From: Candidatus Micrarchaeota archaeon
GTDB taxonomy: Archaea; Micrarchaeota; Micrarchaeia; Micrarchaeales; CABMGC01
NCBI GenBank assembly: GCA_027328425.1
Contig: DAHVUT010000006.1
Span: 1-45,598, forward strand
Direction of reading: 5' to 3'
DNA: 45,598 nt
Within the stretch, counting starts at the first letter, position 1. Every line of letters starts with the position of its first letter. Below, piece after piece: positions 36,995 to 45,598 of this stretch. Both the position numbers and the translations under genes were made by a program. The notes beneath the pieces are model-generated. The model saw only the letters and a program-made list of their open reading frames with translations. It was not told the origin of the DNA and ran no database searches.

Positions 36995-39900
36995 TTGGGG
37001 TTTCTGCAGATGAGCGCAATCATATCCGCACTGGTAGCGTTCCTGTCCATAATATTGCCTGGCTTCTTCCTTGCGCTGGCGCTTCTTAGGAGAACAAAAC
37101 TGAACATGATTGAAATTTCTGTAATAGGCTTCATGTTTGGCCTCATATTCCCGCCAGTGCTAACGTGGCTCGAATCCTACCTCATAGCCTACATACACGC
37201 ATTCTCGTTCTCGGCGGGCCTGTACGGCGCCAACGTGATAGTGCTCACGATACTGGGCATAGCGCTGTGCGTGCAGCAGGGCGCATTCTCGGGCCCCGGC
37301 ATACCTGCGCCCGCGCAGAAGAGTCGGGCAGCACAGTACGCTTCCAGGCTCGCGGGGTTGAGGCGCAGGATATCGGAGCTCGGCGTGGACACCGAGCTGG
37401 TCAAGAGGCACGAACGCGAGGAGGAAGAGTTCGCGGCCAGGCATGCGCAGGAGGAGCGCGCGGCAGCATCGCTGCCTCGCGAGGAGCGTGAGCGGCTCAG
37501 TGTGATGCACGCCCAGGAGGAAAGCAAGCTCGCCGAGGAGCACGAGCGCGAAGAGCGGATGCTTCTCAACAATGCAGGCAATTCAAGCAGCGATGCAGCA
37601 TACGTTCTCCGCAAGAATTGGGTGTGGATACTGCTGATAGCGCTTATGCTCTTCACATTTTATACAAGGATGATGAGCATTGGCATAGCGGCGAACTTCT
37701 TCGAGTTCGACCCGTATTTCGACATGCAGAGCACAATGTCTATACTCACTTTCGGCTACCAGTACCTCTATGATACGTCTGCCTGGCCCACTGCGGTCAA
37801 CGGCACGCCGCACAGGGTTGAGCCTATAGTGCCTTACCTGGAGTCCTATTGGTACCAGATCTCCGCCACGCCGTCGCAAGCAAACGCCAGCTCAGTGAGC
37901 ACGACACTGCTCAGCGACGTCAGCAGCCTGTATCCCCCGATAACGGCTGCGCTGCTTGTCTTCATAATATTTTTCTTCCTCTACCATGGCTACGGCGAGT
38001 ATCCCGCAATAGTTGGGGCCGGCCTGGCAACAGCTATGCCCGCCCTGATCACCACTTTCATAGCCGGTGAGCAGCTGCTCGAGCCATGGGGCATATTCGC
38101 CATGTTCTTCTTCTACGCAGCCTATCTGCTCGCTGCACAGCATCCGAAGGAGATGAGGTTCGCAGTGCTCGCTGGCATAGCATATGCAGCGTCTTTCTTG
38201 GGTGCCCACTACTACACTGTCATAGCAGGCGTCTTCGCCATCTATATAGTGCTTCAGGGAGCCTTCGACGTGCTAAGGAACAAGGATATGGTTGACTTCT
38301 ACAAGATGAACGCCGTTGTGATAGCGATCATAGCTGTCTTCTTCGCAGTCTTCGATCCCTATGGCTCCGTGCTCACAGACCGCGTCCCCGGCCTGCTGGG
38401 CATACCCGTGACTGTAGCGTTCCCACTGATGGCGCTGGTGCTCGTTGCGCTTTTCGAGTATGCACCGCTGCTGGCCAAGAAGCGCGGAATAATAAAGGAT
38501 GTCAACCTCACGGAGCGTTTGGGCTGGCTTGTGGTGCTCGCACTGCTCGCACTGCTGCTCATACTCTTCACTCCGCTAGGCAACTCGGTCAAGGGCTATC
38601 TGAGCCTGAGCACCCACTTCACCACCCCGTCGATACCGCTCTTCATGACGGTGCAGGAGTATGCACCTACGGGCTTCAACTTTGACTTCGGTGCTGGCGG
38701 TTTCGGCATAATAGGCGCAAGCGTGGGCGGCGTTAACATGATTGTGTTGCTCGTGCTGATACTGTTCACGATACTGTCTGTGCGCGCCGCGCTTGTCAGG
38801 GATTCCAAGTTCAGCATTCTCGCGATAGCCGCCGTGTGGCCTCTCGCAATCGCTGGCATGATAGAGGTGAAGTACCTGCCGCACTTTGGAGTTGCGTACA
38901 TACTCGCGATAGGCATAATATTGGGCGAACTGCTGCTCATAGTCAACGCGAAGGGCCGCGAGCGCGCAAGATACTTGCTGCTGGGGATAGCGGCTGTTGT
39001 GCTGCTGATAGAGTTTGTCCCCACCTTCGTCACCATATTCGCCGCCCAGGGCCAGACGTGCGCGCAGATCAACAGCACAGGCAACGGCCTCGGCTTCGAC
39101 CTCTTCTGCAATACAGTGCCGCAGTACTGGCTCAACGCCACTGCGTGGATGCGCCAGAACGTGGGCCCATATGGCCCTAGGATACTGTCCTGGTGGGACT
39201 ACGGCGACTGGATAAACTGGTTCGGCAACAGCAACGCCGTGCTCAGGGGAGACAATGCAATAGCGCTGTTGGATTACCGGACGGCTGCAAGATACGTGCT
39301 TGGCGCAAGCGACGGCTACGGCCCGAGCAACCTGGCCAGCTTCATGAACAACGTAACAGATGCGAAGTATGTGCTCTTCGACAACCAGTTGACGGCCAAG
39401 TGGCAAGCACTGGATTTCCTTGGCTGCGTAGGCACAAATCAGACGAGCAAGGCGTTCGCAGTGGCAGCAGGCCAGTCTGTAGGCCAGCCGTACCTGCTCG
39501 GCACGTCTACGTGCGAGCTAAACCATGATCCTACATATCTGTTGGTTCCGCTCTCCACGAGCAGCGTCAGCGACTATTGCCAGCTCAGCGGCAACGCGAC
39601 AGCGCTCAGGACACTCGTGCTGGCCGGAAACAGGATACTCAATCAGACATACTGCGCGCCCACCAACTTCTCGGGCAATGCGGCAAGGCTGCTGACGACG
39701 AACGGCACCAAGACGAATATACTGCTGGTACCCAACAACCAGTTCTACGCCGGCGTGAACAACGTCAGCGGGCAGCAGTTCCTGACTTTCATAGCTCTCT
39801 ATGAGCCGAACGCGGCCAACAGCACTGTGACCGACGCCCCCACCGAGTTCTACCAGTCCAACTACTACAATGCTTTCTATCTGGGCCACCTGCCAGGATT

Positions 39901-40054
39901 CAAGATGGTCTATCCGAGCAACTTCACTGGCATGAATTACGTGAACGGCACGTGGCCTGTTGTGATATACGCGCTTGACAACTACACCGGCCCGCTGCCT
40001 AAGGTTCAGGCCAAGGATCCGTGGGTAACGAATAACTACACAATGCCTGGTTAG
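36995..40054 (+). CDS. aglB: Oligosaccharyltransferase AglB/STT3 with N-terminal extension
   Basis: EFDPYF, TVQEY, WWDYG, many TM helices, C-terminal extracellular domain. Confidence 0.9.
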   Translation: MGFLQMSAIISALVAFLSIILPGFFLALALLRRTKLNMIEISVIGFMFGLIFPPVLTWLESYLIAYIHAFSFSAGLYGANVIVLTILGIALCVQQGAFSGPGIPAPAQKSRAAQYASRLAGLRRRISELGVDTELVKRHEREEEEFAARHAQEERAAASLPREERERLSVMHAQEESKLAEEHEREERMLLNNAGNSSSDAAYVLRKNWVWILLIALMLFTFYTRMMSIGIAANFFEFDPYFDMQSTMSILTFGYQYLYDTSAWPTAVNGTPHRVEPIVPYLESYWYQISATPSQANASSVSTTLLSDVSSLYPPITAALLVFIIFFFLYHGYGEYPAIVGAGLATAMPALITTFIAGEQLLEPWGIFAMFFFYAAYLLAAQHPKEMRFAVLAGIAYAASFLGAHYYTVIAGVFAIYIVLQGAFDVLRNKDMVDFYKMNAVVIAIIAVFFAVFDPYGSVLTDRVPGLLGIPVTVAFPLMALVLVALFEYAPLLAKKRGIIKDVNLTERLGWLVVLALLALLLILFTPLGNSVKGYLSLSTHFTTPSIPLFMTVQEYAPTGFNFDFGAGGFGIIGASVGGVNMIVLLVLILFTILSVRAALVRDSKFSILAIAAVWPLAIAGMIEVKYLPHFGVAYILAIGIILGELLLIVNAKGRERARYLLLGIAAVVLLIEFVPTFVTIFAAQGQTCAQINSTGNGLGFDLFCNTVPQYWLNATAWMRQNVGPYGPRILSWWDYGDWINWFGNSNAVLRGDNAIALLDYRTAARYVLGASDGYGPSNLASFMNNVTDAKYVLFDNQLTAKWQALDFLGCVGTNQTSKAFAVAAGQSVGQPYLLGTSTCELNHDPTYLLVPLSTSSVSDYCQLSGNATALRTLVLAGNRILNQTYCAPTNFSGNAARLLTTNGTKTNILLVPNNQFYAGVNNVSGQQFLTFIALYEPNAANSTVTDAPTEFYQSNYYNAFYLGHLPGFKMVYPSNFTGMNYVNGTWPVVIYALDNYTGPLPKVQAKDPWVTNNYTMPG

Positions 40055-40072
40055 ATGCCAGGCTGCCCCTGT

Positions 40073-40444
40073 CTATTGGCGCTTTTCCTTTTCCGCGAGG
40101 AGCAAGCCAGCGACCTTTATTCCCAGAGGTTCCAGTTTCAGTACGTGCTTAGTGTAGCCCGGTATCGAGGGCTCCGTTATGTCCGAGATTATTCCGGCTC
40201 TCTTCAGTGATAAAAACTCGTCCTGAAGTTCCTCTCCCTTTTTTACAAGCGTGTCAAAGTAGTTGTATGTGTCCATGTACAGTATAGCCCATCTCTGCAG
40301 TTCATTGGATTTATCGTTGTTTTCATTGTTTTTAGAGAGCGTCCTGTAAATTTCTGCAGCGAGCTCCTCCGCATTATCCTGGCCGTTGTTGTCAGCACCT
40401 GAAGCAACTCTTCTTGCTGTATGACTTTGCACGCCATCACCCAT
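40073..40444 (-). CDS. Hypothetical protein (AT-rich)
   Basis: 123-aa ORF filling the gap; TATA-like ATTTATA upstream. Confidence 0.55.
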   Translation of the reverse strand: MGDGVQSHTARRVASGADNNGQDNAEELAAEIYRTLSKNNENNDKSNELQRWAILYMDTYNYFDTLVKKGEELQDEFLSLKRAGIISDITEPSIPGYTKHVLKLEPLGIKVAGLLLAEKEKRQ

Positions 40445-40554
40445 TCAACCACGAATGGTATGTGTTTTGCCCATATTTATAGGTTGTCTAGCGTGCGGGG
40501 CGTGCGATGTGCAGCAGCCAATTTCCAGCAAGCGTTAAATATTTTCTATGCCAA

Positions 40555-41106
40555 ATGGATGACATGCCCATTGACAGCGAGGAAGCGAATGCGGTGCGGG
40601 ATCTCATGTGGCCTGGCGAGCAGATAATGCTTACAGTAAAGCAGCGCCGTGTGGGTCCTGGAGGTTCGGTGACCGCGCCTACGTCCGTCATAGCTACAAA
40701 CAAGCGGCTCATAATACTTAACAGAGCCACGCTCGGCATAAGGAGAGACTACGAAGTCATACTGTACAGACAGATAACAAGCGTCAGGCTTGAGCGCGGG
40801 ATGGTTTCGTCCTCTGTGTTTGTGAGGGTGCAGGGCTACGACACGGACAAGGGCCTGTTGAAGCGCGGTAGACAGGAGGGCGAGATAGACGGGTTGAACA
40901 ACAACGACGCCAAGGCATTGGCCGACTTCATAAACCAGCAACTTGCTGAGTTCAACGGTCTGGAGACCACGGGCGAACCGGTCGGCGAGCAAGGGCAGAA
41001 AGCCGTCAATGGCGCGTATTTGTATTGCGGTGCCTGCGGAGCCAGAAACGACGCCGATGCACGTTTCTGCACCAGCTGCGGATCGAAGCTCGAGGGCTCT
41101 CAATAA
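40555..41106 (+). CDS. PH-like domain protein with C-terminal Zn ribbon
   Basis: PGEQI..Q.R, ATNKRLII, I.Y.QITSV.L; CGACG..FCTSCG. Confidence 0.75.
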   Translation: MDDMPIDSEEANAVRDLMWPGEQIMLTVKQRRVGPGGSVTAPTSVIATNKRLIILNRATLGIRRDYEVILYRQITSVRLERGMVSSSVFVRVQGYDTDKGLLKRGRQEGEIDGLNNNDAKALADFINQQLAEFNGLETTGEPVGEQGQKAVNGAYLYCGACGARNDADARFCTSCGSKLEGSQ

Positions 41107-41198
41107 GGTAAGGTATTTAAGGATGTAATGGGCATATTCTCGTATACCCATAAAAAATACATCAGCGTGTTGGGTGTTTTTACTAAAAAGGTAACTAT

Positions 41199-42863
41199 AT
41201 GGCTGAGAATCAACAATTGGGAGGACAGCAGTATGTGGTTTTGCCAGAAGGGGCGACCAGGCTTCTCGGAAGGGAGGCACAGCGCACCAACATAGCGATA
41301 GGCTATGCGGTGGCGAGCATAGTCAAGAGCACGCTTGGGCCCAAGGGAATGGACAAGATGCTAGTCAGCGAGCTTGGCGACATAATGATAACGAACGACG
41401 GCGCCTCAATATTAGAGGAGATGAACGTCGAGCACCCCGTGGCGAAGCTTATGGTGGAGATCGCCAAGAGCCAGGACAAGGAGGTGGGCGACGGCACCAC
41501 TACCGCAGTGATAATCGCTGGCGAGCTCCTGAAGAATGCGGGTGACCTGATAGAGAAAGGCATCAACCCGAACACGATAATCAAAGGTTATGAGATGGCG
41601 GCCGGCAGGGCGAGCGATGCGCTCAACGAGTATGCCGAGCCCATAACGCTGGGCGACGACGATAGACTGAGCAAGGTCGCGCTCGTTTCGGTCGGTTCCA
41701 AGAACATAGGCACCGATGAGACGAGGAAGTACTTGTCGAAACTGGCGATACAGGCGATAAAGCAGGTGGCCGAGAAGAAGGACGGGAAGACAATCATAGA
41801 CAAGGACTTCATAAAGCTGGAGAAGAAGGAAGGCGGCTCGATAGCTGACACGCAGTACATAAACGGTGTGCTCGTGGACAAGGAGATAGCGCATCCCGGC
41901 ATGCCGAAGAGCATAACTGCGGCAAAGATAGCGCTGCTAGACCAGGCGCTCGAGATAGAGAAGACAGAGACCGATGCCAGGATAGAGATAACGAGTCCGG
42001 AGCAGATGCAGGCATTCCTGCAGCAGGAGGAGAAGATGCTGAAGGACATGGTCGACAAGGTGCAGAGGAGCGGCGCCAACGTCCTATTCGCGCAGAAGGG
42101 CGTCGACGATGTCGCGCAGCACTACCTCGCGAAGGCAGGCATACTCACAGTAAGGCGCGTCAAGAAGAGCGACATGGAGAAACTCGCGAAGGCTACGGGC
42201 GCAAAGTTTGTCACGAGCCTGGACGACCTCACGAAGGGTGACCTCGGCTTCGCCGGCATAGTGGAGGAAAGGAAGATATCCGGGGAGCAGATGGTCTTCG
42301 TAGAGAAGTGCAAGGACCCGAAGAGCGTGACCATATTCCTACGCGGGGGCACGAAGCAGGTGGTCGACGAGGCGGAACGCGCGCTGAACGACGAATTGGG
42401 CGCGTTGACCGGTGCACTGGAGATATCGAAGTGCGTCTACGGCGGCGGGAGCGCGGAGGAGTACACAGCCAAGCAGCTCAGGGACTACGCGAGCGACATA
42501 GGCGGAAGGGAGCAACTCGCAATACAGGCGTTCGCCGACGCGCTAGAGGCCATACCGAAGACGCTCGCCGAGAGCGCAGGCATGGATTCCATAGACACGC
42601 TCGTGCAGCTCAGGAGCAGAATGAAGGGCAAGGAGGGCAGGACATACGGAGTCGACGTGCTCAGGGGCTCGCTGGGAGACATGAAGAAGCTTGGAGTGAT
42701 AGAGCCGCTCAAGGTAAAGCTGCAGGCCATATCCAGCGCCATGGAGGCGAGCGTGCAGATACTGCGCATCGATGACATGATAAGCTCCAAGGGAAACAGG
42801 TCCGCCGGCGGGGCCCCGGGAGGCATGCCAGGAGGCATGCAGGGCGGCATGGGCGAAGACTGA
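41199..42863 (+). CDS. ths: Thermosome subunit (group II chaperonin)
   Basis: TLGPKGMDKML, ITNDGA, GDGTTT, GGM tail. Confidence 0.97.
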   Translation: MAENQQLGGQQYVVLPEGATRLLGREAQRTNIAIGYAVASIVKSTLGPKGMDKMLVSELGDIMITNDGASILEEMNVEHPVAKLMVEIAKSQDKEVGDGTTTAVIIAGELLKNAGDLIEKGINPNTIIKGYEMAAGRASDALNEYAEPITLGDDDRLSKVALVSVGSKNIGTDETRKYLSKLAIQAIKQVAEKKDGKTIIDKDFIKLEKKEGGSIADTQYINGVLVDKEIAHPGMPKSITAAKIALLDQALEIEKTETDARIEITSPEQMQAFLQQEEKMLKDMVDKVQRSGANVLFAQKGVDDVAQHYLAKAGILTVRRVKKSDMEKLAKATGAKFVTSLDDLTKGDLGFAGIVEERKISGEQMVFVEKCKDPKSVTIFLRGGTKQVVDEAERALNDELGALTGALEISKCVYGGGSAEEYTAKQLRDYASDIGGREQLAIQAFADALEAIPKTLAESAGMDSIDTLVQLRSRMKGKEGRTYGVDVLRGSLGDMKKLGVIEPLKVKLQAISSAMEASVQILRIDDMISSKGNRSAGGAPGGMPGGMQGGMGED

Positions 42864-42931
42864 GCGCCCCGAAGCCTAATAAAGCAGCCTTGCCAAACTA
42901 TGATTAGCCGCATCGCTGCCGGTGTTCCAGC

Positions 42932-43492
42932 ATGGCGAAGGTGTTCCTAGTGTTCGGCATTTCCGGTTCGGGAAAGACCACAGTATTGACAAAAGTGAGG
43001 AATGCAAGAACAGTGAGCGTCGGCACCGAGCTACTCAATGCCTATTCCAGGAAGTTCAAGGGCATGGACAGGGACACGATCAAGTTCAAGGAGCTCGAGA
43101 CGTACGGTCTGCTTTCCCGCGTAAGGAGCGGCGTTTTTGGCAAGCTGGTAAAACGGACAGGCACACTGATGCTCGACACGCACGCGTGCCTGAAGGCCGG
43201 TGACGGCTACGTGCAGGGCCTGTCGCTGCGCGATTGCGAGATACTCAGGGGCAGGTGCAGGGCTATAGTATATATAGACGCCAAGACAAAGGACATACTT
43301 ACCAGGAGGAAGCGCGACAGCAGCAGGAGGCGGGCAAGCCTAAGCGCCGATGAGCTGGATAGGCTCAGAGACATAAGCGTGTCGCTTTCCATGGCATACG
43401 CGCTGCAACTCCAGGTTCCAGTGTACATAGTGCAGAATGACTACATCAAGGACGCGGCGAGGAAAATTGAGGAAATAATCGAGAGGTCGTAG
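42932..43492 (+). CDS. adkA: Archaeal adenylate kinase
   Basis: GISGSGKTT, LDTH, RRKRD..R.R; upstream of DUF106 as in the usual archaeal order. Confidence 0.8.
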   Translation: MAKVFLVFGISGSGKTTVLTKVRNARTVSVGTELLNAYSRKFKGMDRDTIKFKELETYGLLSRVRSGVFGKLVKRTGTLMLDTHACLKAGDGYVQGLSLRDCEILRGRCRAIVYIDAKTKDILTRRKRDSSRRRASLSADELDRLRDISVSLSMAYALQLQVPVYIVQNDYIKDAARKIEEIIERS

Positions 43493-43496
43493 CGGC

Positions 43497-43994
43497 ATGA
43501 TAGGAACTGCAATCGAGCTGGCTGCAATAGCTGTGGCGTATGTAGCGCTGTCCATGTTCCTGCAACGAAAGCTCGGCGACGCCAAGCGCATGCGCAAGAT
43601 GCAGGAGCTGATAAAGGCGAAGAGCAAGGAACTCAATGACATGGCGAAGGCGCAGGCGAGCAAGGAGGCGCTGGAGGCCAAGCAGAAGGAGGTAACGGAG
43701 CTGCTGGGCCAGAGCATGAAGTCGTCCTTCAAGCCGCTCATAGCAGTGCTCCCGGTGTTCTTCATCCTGTACTACCTCATACTGCCGGCCATATTCCCAC
43801 ACACGCTCACGTTCACCATACCTGTCCTCTCCACTGTCAGCTACCAGACTTATTTCATAGTGATAGCATTCATAGCAGGCATAATTTCATCTATCGTGGT
43901 GATGGTCTGGGACAAGAGGGAACTGGCCAGGGAGAAGCAGCAGATAGCGGCCGCGGAGGCGCAGGCCGAGGCCCAGGACAGTGCGCTGCACTAA
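43497..43994 (+). CDS. DUF106/EMC3-TMCO1 family (Oxa1 superfamily) membrane protein
   Basis: TM, coiled coil, SFKPL, two further TMs. Confidence 0.82.
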   Translation: MIGTAIELAAIAVAYVALSMFLQRKLGDAKRMRKMQELIKAKSKELNDMAKAQASKEALEAKQKEVTELLGQSMKSSFKPLIAVLPVFFILYYLILPAIFPHTLTFTIPVLSTVSYQTYFIVIAFIAGIISSIVVMVWDKRELAREKQQIAAAEAQAEAQDSALH

Positions 43995-44071
43995 CAAGAA
44001 GCTATTTATCAAATGCGAGCGGGAAAATACACATGCTTTCGCGGTGGGATGAGAGCGAGCCGATGAAATGG

Positions 44072-44099
44072 AAGCCTCCTTTGCCATCGGAGGCTTTTT
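44072..44099 (+). terminator. Hairpin plus T-run inside mini-element
   Basis: AAGCCTCC-TTTGCCATC-GGAGGCTT ending in a T5 run. Confidence 0.35.
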
Positions 44100-44104
44100 G
44101 ACAT

Positions 44105-44220
44105 CATATCGTTTCAATCGGTATGTGCTCGCTTCACCAGATTTGCCCAGTTGGATTCTGGGTCTTACGTGCCCTCTACGAGCCTTGTCCTCTCGGACTC
44201 CGCCGTGTCCCGACGTATAA
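44105..44220 (-). ncRNA. Inverted TnpB omegaRNA scaffold (5' and central part)
   Basis: Minus TACGTCGGGACACGGCGGAGT..GTAAGACCCAG..CTGGGCA..GAAGCGAGCACATA aligns to 22608-22695 with compensatory stems. Confidence 0.72.
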
Positions 44221-44348
44221 GCAGCTTTCTCCGCAAAGGCATAAGAATCTTTTCGTCCCATGTCAATCATCGTTTCAATCGGAAGCCCACGAATTAATTC
44301 GTGGGAGGATGTCACTAATGCTGTTTGCAATACTAGCGAGGCCTTTGC

Positions 44349-45598
44349 ATGAGAGTGTTACAGCTTGATGTGGAGAAGATAGGCTTTGAGATGCTGAAAC
44401 CTGAGGCCAGCATCTACGAGGAGAGCGAGGAGAAGAAAATCGAGGTTTCAGACGCACTCGTGCTGATGGTCTGTGTGGAGATGGGCGACACAGAGGAGAC
44501 AGGGGAAGCGGCGCTGAAGGACGCTCTGAAATTCATGGAGGATACCGGAAGGAAGAAGCTCGTCATATACCCATATGCCCATCTCAGCAGCAATCTGGCG
44601 GAGCCAAAGGAAGCTATAAAGGTGCTCGACCACATGCGCAAGCGGGTGCCCGATGGGATAGAGGTGAAGGGTGCGCCGTTCGGCTGGAACAAGAAATTCA
44701 GCATAGAGATGAAGGGCCATCCGCTTGCCGAGCAATCCAGGGGTTATGATGCTCAGGGCAAGGGCACGAAGATGAAGAAAGAGAAAGCGAAGCCGCAGGG
44801 CATTAATACAGCCATAGTGAAGAAGAGCGACTGGGCAGGCCTATCAGATACGGATCACAGGACCATAGGCGAAAGGATGGATCTGTACAGCTTCCAGGAA
44901 GTGTCGCCAGCGATGGTCTATTGGCACCCGAACGGTTACACGATATACAAGCAGCTCGTCGCCTTCATGCGGGAGAAGGAGGAGGAGTACGGCTACGAGG
45001 AGATAAGCACCCCTGCGATAGCCAATGTGGCGCTCTGGCACGTCAGCGGCCATATCGACCACTACAAGGACAACATGTTCGCCTTCGACTCGGGCTTCGG
45101 CACTTTAGGCCTCAAGCCGATGAACTGCCCCTCGAGCATGCTCATCTACAAGTCCAGGAAGTGGAGCTACAGGGAGCTGCCCTTCCGCACAGCCATATTC
45201 GACAGGCTCTACAGGAGCGAGCTGAGCGGCGTTGTCACGGGCCTGCTCAGGGTCAAGGAGCTGACGCAGGACGACGGCCATATCTTCGCCAGGGAAGACC
45301 AGATAGGCAGCGAGATAACGCAGGTGCTCAGGATGGTCAAGGAAGTGTACGACACTTTCGGCATGAAATACAGCGCCAAGCTCTCCACGATGCCTGACGA
45401 TCACATGGGAGACGAGGCGCTCTGGGAGCGCGCGACAGGCGAGCTGAAGCAGGCTTTGGATGCAAACAACATGAAGTACGAGGTGAAGGAGAAGGAAGGC
45501 GCGTTCTACGGACCCAAGATTGACTTCGATGTGCTCGACTCGCAGAACAGATCGTGGCAGCTAGCCACGATACAGCTCGACTACCAGCTGCCTACGCG
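44349..45598 (+). CDS. thrS: Threonine--tRNA ligase (3' truncated by window); absent from ORF track
   Basis: Hand translation MRVLQLDVE..YPYAHLSS..APFGWNK..GHPLAE editing domain, then DHRTIG, LKPMNCP, TQDDGHIF, AFYGPKIDF. Confidence 0.95.
   Translation, partial: MRVLQLDVEKIGFEMLKPEASIYEESEEKKIEVSDALVLMVCVEMGDTEETGEAALKDALKFMEDTGRKKLVIYPYAHLSSNLAEPKEAIKVLDHMRKRVPDGIEVKGAPFGWNKKFSIEMKGHPLAEQSRGYDAQGKGTKMKKEKAKPQGINTAIVKKSDWAGLSDTDHRTIGERMDLYSFQEVSPAMVYWHPNGYTIYKQLVAFMREKEEEYGYEEISTPAIANVALWHVSGHIDHYKDNMFAFDSGFGTLGLKPMNCPSSMLIYKSRKWSYRELPFRTAIFDRLYRSELSGVVTGLLRVKELTQDDGHIFAREDQIGSEITQVLRMVKEVYDTFGMKYSAKLSTMPDDHMGDEALWERATGELKQALDANNMKYEVKEKEGAFYGPKIDFDVLDSQNRSWQLATIQLDYQLPT

Larger units (their letters stand above)
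44010..44315 (+). mobile_element. Non-autonomous IS200/IS605 mini-element (306 bp) related to element 2
   Basis: TTAT target, AGCGGGAAAA..GTGGGATGAGAGCGAGC left end with decayed hairpin; last 35 nt identical to 22731-22765. Confidence 0.88.

Noticed and set aside
42810-42860. GGCATG repeats
   Set aside because: Ordinary chaperonin GGM tail.
44108-44282. Two copies of GTTTCAAT/ATTGAAAC resembling CRISPR repeat ends
   Set aside because: Only 14 bp, two copies 161 bp apart, no cas genes; better explained as arms of an omegaRNA hairpin separated by inversion.
43887-44330. 147-aa minus ORF as a possible TnpA
   Set aside because: No HUH or catalytic Tyr motif; it reads through RNA scaffold and antisense to DUF106.
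259-45404. Many long antisense or alternate-frame ORFs in the ORF track (e.g. 29423-30478, 30195-31100, 11736-12602)
   Set aside because: Shadows of well-supported genes in GC-rich coding DNA with no recognisable motifs.

Overview
Archaeal chromosome segment, most likely DPANN/Micrarchaeota-like (inferred from gene content and order). Housekeeping content: an A/V-type ATP synthase operon in the order K-E-C-F-A-B-D-x-H-I with a 528-aa LAGLIDADG intein in subunit A, AmmeMemoRadiSam genes, dph6, nth, a cysDN/sulfatase-like/RHH cluster, beta-CASP RNase, SSB, RNase P proteins, cdc6, the proteasome/exosome superoperon, histone, trxA, hisS, GGR, aglB, thermosome, adk, DUF106 and a partial thrS. Three IS200/IS605-family elements can be delimited to the base from their end hairpins. 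(1) A tnpB element inside the ATP synthase operon has a rearranged RuvC-II site. (2) A canonical tnpB element sits in a stop codon and leaves that protein unchanged. (3) A 306-bp protein-free element carries a TnpB omegaRNA scaffold inverted between 7-bp inverted repeats and is inserted in the likely thrS TATA box; this is the most unusual feature. A box C/D sRNA predicted to guide Cm34 of tRNA-Leu(CAA) lies in the leader of the histone gene. All calls come from reading motifs by eye; no searches were run.
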